A stretch of 64,000 bases of DNA from an uncultured Acidobacteriota bacterium (GTDB lineage: Bacteria > Acidobacteriota > UBA6911), in NCBI GenBank assembly GCA_964474425.1, contig CAYYTC010000001.1, positions 26,481-90,480 on the forward strand. Direction: 5' to 3'. The notes beneath the pieces were generated by a model. It was not told the origin of the DNA. It did no database searches and worked only from the letters and a program-made list of their open reading frames with translations. Every line of letters starts with the position of its first letter. The first letter of the stretch is position 1. The position numbers and the translations under genes are program-made. This document shows, piece after piece, positions 59,414-64,000 of this stretch.

Positions 59414-60022
59414 TTGTCGCCTGCTTTCCTGGCCAGGTGCTCTACATCGGCCCCTTCATCCAGCAGTAGTTCTGCCTGAAACCACCAACGGGGCTGATAC
59501 GTGATGCGAACGGGTATCTTCGAGAGTTCATCGTCGGTTCCATAGGTGACGGTGAAACGACTTGCCTTGCCGGTTTCAGTGTTGAGCGCCTCAAACTGGC
59601 TCTCGATGAGTTCATGGTATTCCCGGCCATTTACGGATATTTTTTTTCAAATGCCGCGAGGATTGCAGCGACAGAGTGAAAAGAGAAGCGTTATAAACAT
59701 ACTTTCGAGGTTTTATACGGCTCAGATTGCCGGACGCGCGGTACTGGGAGACGCTCTCGCAAATCAGCGCCTTCACTGCATAAAGAAAACCGGGATCCGT
59801 GCCTGGGGAAATCCGCAATTTTCGTGTGAAGGATGCAGTTTCCGGGATTTGTCCCAGCAGCAGCGAAGCATCCCTGTAAGTGAAATTCGGATCGGATTGC
59901 AGTGGGAATACAAATACGGCGGCATCCGGTTCCATAGATTGAAATGGCGACAGAATCGCCTTATAAATCCATACTGTGCAGCCGCCAAAACAGTATGTGT
60001 AAACGGGCGTATAACTGCACAA
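59410..60022 (-). pseudogene. ORF interrupted by a frameshift at an A8 homopolymer, translationally coupled (ATGA) to the yqaA-like gene
   Basis: Track ORF 59612..60022 ends ...SSRHLKKNIRKWPGIP*. Removing one A from aaaaaaaa (plus-strand T8 at about 59640-59647) joins it to ...SVNGREYHELIESQFEALNTETGKASRFTVTYGTDDELSKIPVRITYQPRWWFQAELLLDEGADVEHLARKAGDK*, which stops at 59410. Function unknown. Confidence 0.35.
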
Positions 60023-60370
60023 TAAGTGCGTCCAATAAAGATTTGGCGCTTGCCATTGGCTTCGAGCGCCCTATATTGGGTCCTAGTAGAGGAGTCAGAA
60101 CTCTTCAAACTGTGAAGAGCTCCAAATGGACTGCGGCGAGGCCATTTCTCGGACCCGTAGATGGACACCGTCGGCGGCGGTGCTTCCGCACGATCGATCT
60201 GGCTCCTGCATGTCATGGCCTCATGACGGCCGGCAATGCGCCCATAGGCCACATATTTTCTCCCGCCGATTTTTTCGCTGGTTGTGTTTCAGGCAAAACG
60301 GGGTCGTAGCTTCGCCAGCCATCTTTTCGCGAAGCCTGGGTTCAGGCGGCAAGCAGCAGGGAGAGATTCA

Positions 60371-60973
60371 ATGAATGCGAAGACCCAAAACGATAATTTA
60401 GTCAGCGAGTCAAACAAAGGGATGATTTTTCTCGACAAGGCTCAGATATGCTTTGAAAAAGTGCAGCATGGCATCGCCACGGGCGGACTCCCGGACTTTC
60501 ATGCAACCATGCGGCCGCACCAGCGGGAACAGGTTTGTCGGTTTCAAGTATCCTTTAAGGATGATGGATACGCGATAATATCTGCCGATGAGCTGAATCC
60601 GCTTGAAGCTACGCCGGTCCTGGGGAAACTGGCTCATTATCTCGCCTCCGAAGCAGGCCGCGTCAAACGGGACAAAGAGGACGATCCTTTTGTGCCGTTT
60701 AAGGACACCGAGGAGATCATTGCCTACATGACAAGTTCCGAAAAGGAATTCACCCGGCGAGCGCTCAAACAGGCAATCCATCGGCTGCGTCGTCTTCTGG
60801 CGTTCAATGGCTGCCGGGATATACTTCAAAGCCACCGCCCGAGGAGGGCGTACCGAATCCGACTGCGTCAAAAAAAATTTTGTGATCTGGCCAAACCGAA
60901 TGCGGCTTTATTGGGCGTATCCGCGAGTACCAATCCGCCGTCTCCAACTCAAGGGCGGGGTTACGAAAGGTAG
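60371..60973 (+). CDS. hypothetical protein (200 aa), no recognisable family
   Basis: The ATG at 60371 has a GGGAGAG ribosome-binding site. It ends 35 nt before repeat copy 3. Confidence 0.5.
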   Translation: MNAKTQNDNLVSESNKGMIFLDKAQICFEKVQHGIATGGLPDFHATMRPHQREQVCRFQVSFKDDGYAIISADELNPLEATPVLGKLAHYLASEAGRVKRDKEDDPFVPFKDTEEIIAYMTSSEKEFTRRALKQAIHRLRRLLAFNGCRDILQSHRPRRAYRIRLRQKKFCDLAKPNAALLGVSASTNPPSPTQGRGYER

Positions 60974-61007
60974 GGATGGGGCAGATCCATCAACAAAGAG
61001 GAAGCAG

Positions 61008-61042
61008 AATGGGGACACTGGTGACTGTCCCCCATCTTTCCT
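61008..61042. repeat. third copy of the GGGGACA-hairpin repeat (direct orientation relative to 58417-58448)
   Basis: gaatggggacactggtgactgtcccccatctttcc versus ggaatggggacacaggtgactgtccccatctttg. Confidence 0.6.
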
Positions 61043-61104
61043 CGCAAAATTCCGCAAACTTATTCCTCCCGATTTTCGTATGGGAAATTAGCGATGGAGG
61101 AATC

Positions 61105-62346
61105 ATGGCCAAAAAGCGTCTATTTACCTTTTCCTTCCTGTCGATTGTCGGGCTCCTGCTTCTGTTTGGCGGATATTGGCTGTTTGGCGCCCTGTTCGAA
61201 GTCGACAAAACCATTCCGCCGGAAAAGCTGGCGAAAGTCGAATCGGGTTCCATCGCCCGATCGGTCGTGGCCACAGGGAAAGTCGAACCGCTCTCCAAAG
61301 TGGATATCAAGTCGAAGGCAAGCGGACTCATCAAATACCTCTATGTCAACGCAGGAGATCGCGTTCGCGAAGGGCAGCTTCTGGTCGAACTCGACAAGGA
61401 GACGCTGGAAGCGGAGCTGAAAGAGGCGGAGGCGGTTTTGAGGTCCGCTGAAAGCAATCTTCAGGAAATGGAATCCCAGGGCAAAACACTGCGAGCCAAC
61501 CTGAAGAAGTCGCAGCTTGAAGCCGAAAACAGGGACTTTGAGTTCATGAGCGCGGAATACCGGCGCCAGCAGCAGCTCTTCGGCCAGGGTTTGATCTCGA
61601 AATCCGACTTCGACAGCATGGAGCAGAAAATGATATCGGCGGAGGTGACCCAGAAAACCCTGAATGCCGCGGTGGGAGTGCGGGAGGCGGAAATAGAGCA
61701 GAACAGCCGGACGATCGAGAAAGCCAGGTCGGCGGTGATCCAGGCGCAGGCGCAGCATGAAAGGGCCGTGGAAAACCTGAAATACGCCTCCATCCGCTCC
61801 CCCATAGATGGCTTGGTTTTGAGCCGCGAAGTGGAAGTGGGCGACGCCGTTTCGTCGATTCTCCAGCTGGGATCCAACGCGACATTGATAATGACGCTGG
61901 GCGATGTGCGGGAGCTTTATATAAAAGGCAAGGTCGACGAGACGGACATCGGGCTGGTGAAAGTGGGCCAGCTCGTGCGCGTGACGGTCGACGCATATAA
62001 AAACCGCTCTTTCCAGGGGAAAGTATTCCGGATAGCTCCCATGGGAGTCGAGAAGGACAACGTCACGCGCTTCGAAGTGCGCGTGTCGATCCTGAATGAC
62101 CTCGATCTCCTGAAAGTCAACATGAGCGCCAACGCCGAGATTATCCTTGAGGAGCATCACAACGTGCTTCTCATCCCGGAGAGTGCCCTGATCTACAACG
62201 AAAAGCGCGAGACTTTTGTGGAGGTGCCGGACGTCTCCGCAAAAACAGGCCGGCGCCAGGTTTCCGTAAAAACGGGACTGGGCAACGGCTCGCGCGCCGA
62301 GCTTCTTTCAGGATTGAAACCCGGAGACTCTTTGATCCTCCAATGA
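61105..62346 (+). CDS. HlyD/MacA-family periplasmic adaptor (membrane fusion) subunit of an efflux transporter
   Basis: The ATG at 61105 has a GGAGG ribosome-binding site. TM anchor, coiled-coil (LEAELKEAEAVLRSAESNLQEME), beta-barrel/lipoyl domains. Confidence 0.85.
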   Translation: MAKKRLFTFSFLSIVGLLLLFGGYWLFGALFEVDKTIPPEKLAKVESGSIARSVVATGKVEPLSKVDIKSKASGLIKYLYVNAGDRVREGQLLVELDKETLEAELKEAEAVLRSAESNLQEMESQGKTLRANLKKSQLEAENRDFEFMSAEYRRQQQLFGQGLISKSDFDSMEQKMISAEVTQKTLNAAVGVREAEIEQNSRTIEKARSAVIQAQAQHERAVENLKYASIRSPIDGLVLSREVEVGDAVSSILQLGSNATLIMTLGDVRELYIKGKVDETDIGLVKVGQLVRVTVDAYKNRSFQGKVFRIAPMGVEKDNVTRFEVRVSILNDLDLLKVNMSANAEIILEEHHNVLLIPESALIYNEKRETFVEVPDVSAKTGRRQVSVKTGLGNGSRAELLSGLKPGDSLILQ

Positions 62347-62350
62347 CTAT

Positions 62351-62458
62351 TTTCGATTTACGATTGACGATTGGCAACAAACGGTGAGGGTCATGAGTAT
62401 TCCCATGCCTGAACGCATGTTTCAAATCGTCAATCGTCAATTGTAAATCGTCAATTTG
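62351..62458. repeat. MITE-like element with inverted arms built from AATCGTC/GACGATT heptads (short core)
   Basis: Left arm ttcgatttacgattgacgattggcaacaaa; right arm tttcaaatcgtcaatcgtcaattgtaaatcgtcaatt. It fills the whole MFP-permease spacer. Confidence 0.55.
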
Positions 62459-62462
62459 CACC

Positions 62463-63707
62463 ATGGCTCTACTGAAACAGACGCTTTTGAATCTGGCCGC
62501 CAACAAGACCCGGTCGTTCCTGACCATGTTCGGAATCGCCTGGGGCCTGGTCTGCCTCATTCTCATGACGTCGATGGGCGAGGGGATGTGGGTCGCGCAG
62601 AGGCAGAAGGCGCGCGCCCTCGGCCAGAATATCCTGATTGTCTGGGGCGGGATAACGAGCAAATCCGCCGGGGGAATCCGGGCCGGAAAGACCGTCAGGC
62701 TCATGCTCGACGATTACTTTCTGCTCAAGGAAAAGGCCACGTACCTCCAGCGCTCCAGCCCCGAGATCCGGAGATCGCTGGCAGCGCGTTCCAGCATCAA
62801 CAACGGCACGTTCAGCACTCATGGCGTATTTCCCGACTATATGCAGATGCGGACCATTGAGTTGAAACCGGGGGGCAGGCCCATCAATCATGGCGACAAC
62901 CAAAACGCCCTTCGCGTCTGCATCCTGGGCGATGAGGTCAAAGACCAGCTGTTCAGCAAAGAAAATCCCCTCGGCCGGACAATCATGATCGGGGAATTTC
63001 CCTACCTCATCATCGGGGACCTGATCCCCAAGGATCAGAACTCCAACTACAGCGGTCCGGACAAGAAGAAGATTTTTGTCCCTTTCTATTCGATGTCGCG
63101 GGATTTTCCGCTGCCCAAAGCCGCCGGCGGCAAATTCGAGCTTACCAACATGATTCTGCAGCCGCGGAGCGCCGATCTGGGAGAGGCGGCCGAACTGCAG
63201 GTGCGCCGGATCCTCGCCGGCGAAAAGAATTTCGACTATCTGGATGAAGACGCCGTGGGCATCTGGAACACTGTGCAGCAGGCCAAATTTATCAAGAAGG
63301 TGTTTGATTCGCTCCGGATTTTTCTCGGGGCGGTTGCCGCCGTAACCCTGATCCTGGGCGGAGTCGGGGTTATGAACATCATGCTCCTCTCCATCGGCGA
63401 ACGGACACGGGAGATCGGCGTCTGCAAAGCCGTCGGGGCCACGACGCGCAGGATCCTGCTGCAGTTTTTTGCCGAATCGATGGTGCTGACAATGTCCGCC
63501 GGCCTGGCCGGCATTGCCTTCGGCTGGGGGATTTGCGCCCTGATCAACCAGCTGCCGAAGATCGACTTCTTCGCGGGCATGATCGTGACCCCCGGAATCG
63601 GGCTGTTCGCTTTCGGATTCCTGACGGTGGTGGGCGTGCTCTCGAGCATTTACCCGGCCTTTATGGCGGCCGTGGTGGATCCGATAGAAGCCCTCAGACA
63701 TGAATGA
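62463..63707 (+). CDS. ABC-transporter permease, MacB/FtsX-type (MacB-like periplasmic domain plus FtsX 4-TM)
   Basis: 414 aa. N-terminal TM, large periplasmic domain, C-terminal FtsX helices. No ATPase domain fused. Confidence 0.85.
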   Translation: MALLKQTLLNLAANKTRSFLTMFGIAWGLVCLILMTSMGEGMWVAQRQKARALGQNILIVWGGITSKSAGGIRAGKTVRLMLDDYFLLKEKATYLQRSSPEIRRSLAARSSINNGTFSTHGVFPDYMQMRTIELKPGGRPINHGDNQNALRVCILGDEVKDQLFSKENPLGRTIMIGEFPYLIIGDLIPKDQNSNYSGPDKKKIFVPFYSMSRDFPLPKAAGGKFELTNMILQPRSADLGEAAELQVRRILAGEKNFDYLDEDAVGIWNTVQQAKFIKKVFDSLRIFLGAVAAVTLILGGVGVMNIMLLSIGERTREIGVCKAVGATTRRILLQFFAESMVLTMSAGLAGIAFGWGICALINQLPKIDFFAGMIVTPGIGLFAFGFLTVVGVLSSIYPAFMAAVVDPIEALRHE

Positions 63708-63934
63708 CGAATTACGATTTACGATTGACGATTGGAAACAAAAGGCCTGGAAAGAGGATGCAGCATCGCCTTGACCGGCAAATTTCTTTTGGCCTTATAG
63801 GATATTTTTTGGAGCGGGGATCAATCGGATTTGGATCTATGGGAATGAATGTCGACTGGAAGACGATGGTTCGGCCAATGAAGATGCCCCTATCGGGGCG
63901 TATGTTTCCAATCGTCAATCGTAATTCGTCAATG
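63706..63934. repeat. second MITE-like element of the CGTCAAT-heptad family (about 33-bp terminal inverted repeats around a 157-bp core)
   Basis: Left arm tgacgaattacgatttacgattgacgattggaaacaaa; right arm tgtttccaatcgtcaatcgtaattcgtcaatga, a near-perfect reverse complement. Confidence 0.55.
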
Positions 63935-64000
63935 AGTTCATCATGGTTCTCGAAATAGTTCGGCGGGTCATCGAAAATCTGGCGGCGTACGGGAAGCGCT

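Noticed and set aside
58350-61050. CRISPR array, suggested by the GGGGACA repeats
   Set aside because: Only three or four degenerate copies with irregular spacing (30 bp, 2.5 kb) and mixed orientation. No cas genes.

Overview
This is a 64-kb chromosomal segment from a high-GC anaerobe. The gene content and the DnaA-box variant TGTGGAAAA suggest a Deltaproteobacteria-like (Desulfobacterota/Syntrophobacterota-type) organism. It spans the conserved replication-origin gene block dnaA-dnaN-recF-gyrB-gyrA (minus strand, 22.0-31.1 kb), with a candidate oriC in the dnaA-dnaN spacer. Housekeeping genes are plentiful: thiL (partial), nrdR, aspS, ispG, hpt, deoB, punA, rpsU, HIT, ihfB-like, sppA and rpsA. 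Three accessory regions stand out.

(1) 1.7-13.2 kb holds two ECF sigma/anti-sigma pairs. The first is followed by a paralogous family of small membrane proteins sharing a LiaF-like TM motif, plus four DUF4097/toast-rack beta-repeat proteins. The second pair sits next to a MIO-type ammonia-lyase, and its anti-sigma factor is fused to a YfbK-like VWA domain.

(2) 38-58 kb is an anaerobic radical-enzyme/CoA-metabolism island. It contains a bis-MGD molybdo/tungsto-oxidoreductase with a ferredoxin subunit, a corrinoid protein, a ThyA-fold protein, two family-III CoA-transferases and an ADP-forming acyl-CoA synthetase. The core is a four-gene BzdNOPQ/HgdAB-type module with two different ATPase (activator) genes, a second partial module (one HgdB-like gene plus one activator), and two LarA (Ni-pincer racemase) homologues placed convergently next to each module.

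(3) 58.3-63.9 kb holds a lower-GC 2.6-kb segment bounded by 32-bp direct repeats, with a perfect 32-bp inverted copy. It carries a putative truncated integrase arm-binding ORF, a YqaA/DedA-like gene, and an ORF interrupted at an A8 tract. It is followed by a MacA/MacB-like efflux pair whose intergenic spaces are filled by a MITE-like repeat family built from CGTCAAT heptads.

A 2.3-kb insertion (AAA+ DUF4143 ATPase plus HepT/MntA toxin-antitoxin) splits the deoB-punA nucleoside-catabolism pair. No rRNA, tRNA or CRISPR was found.
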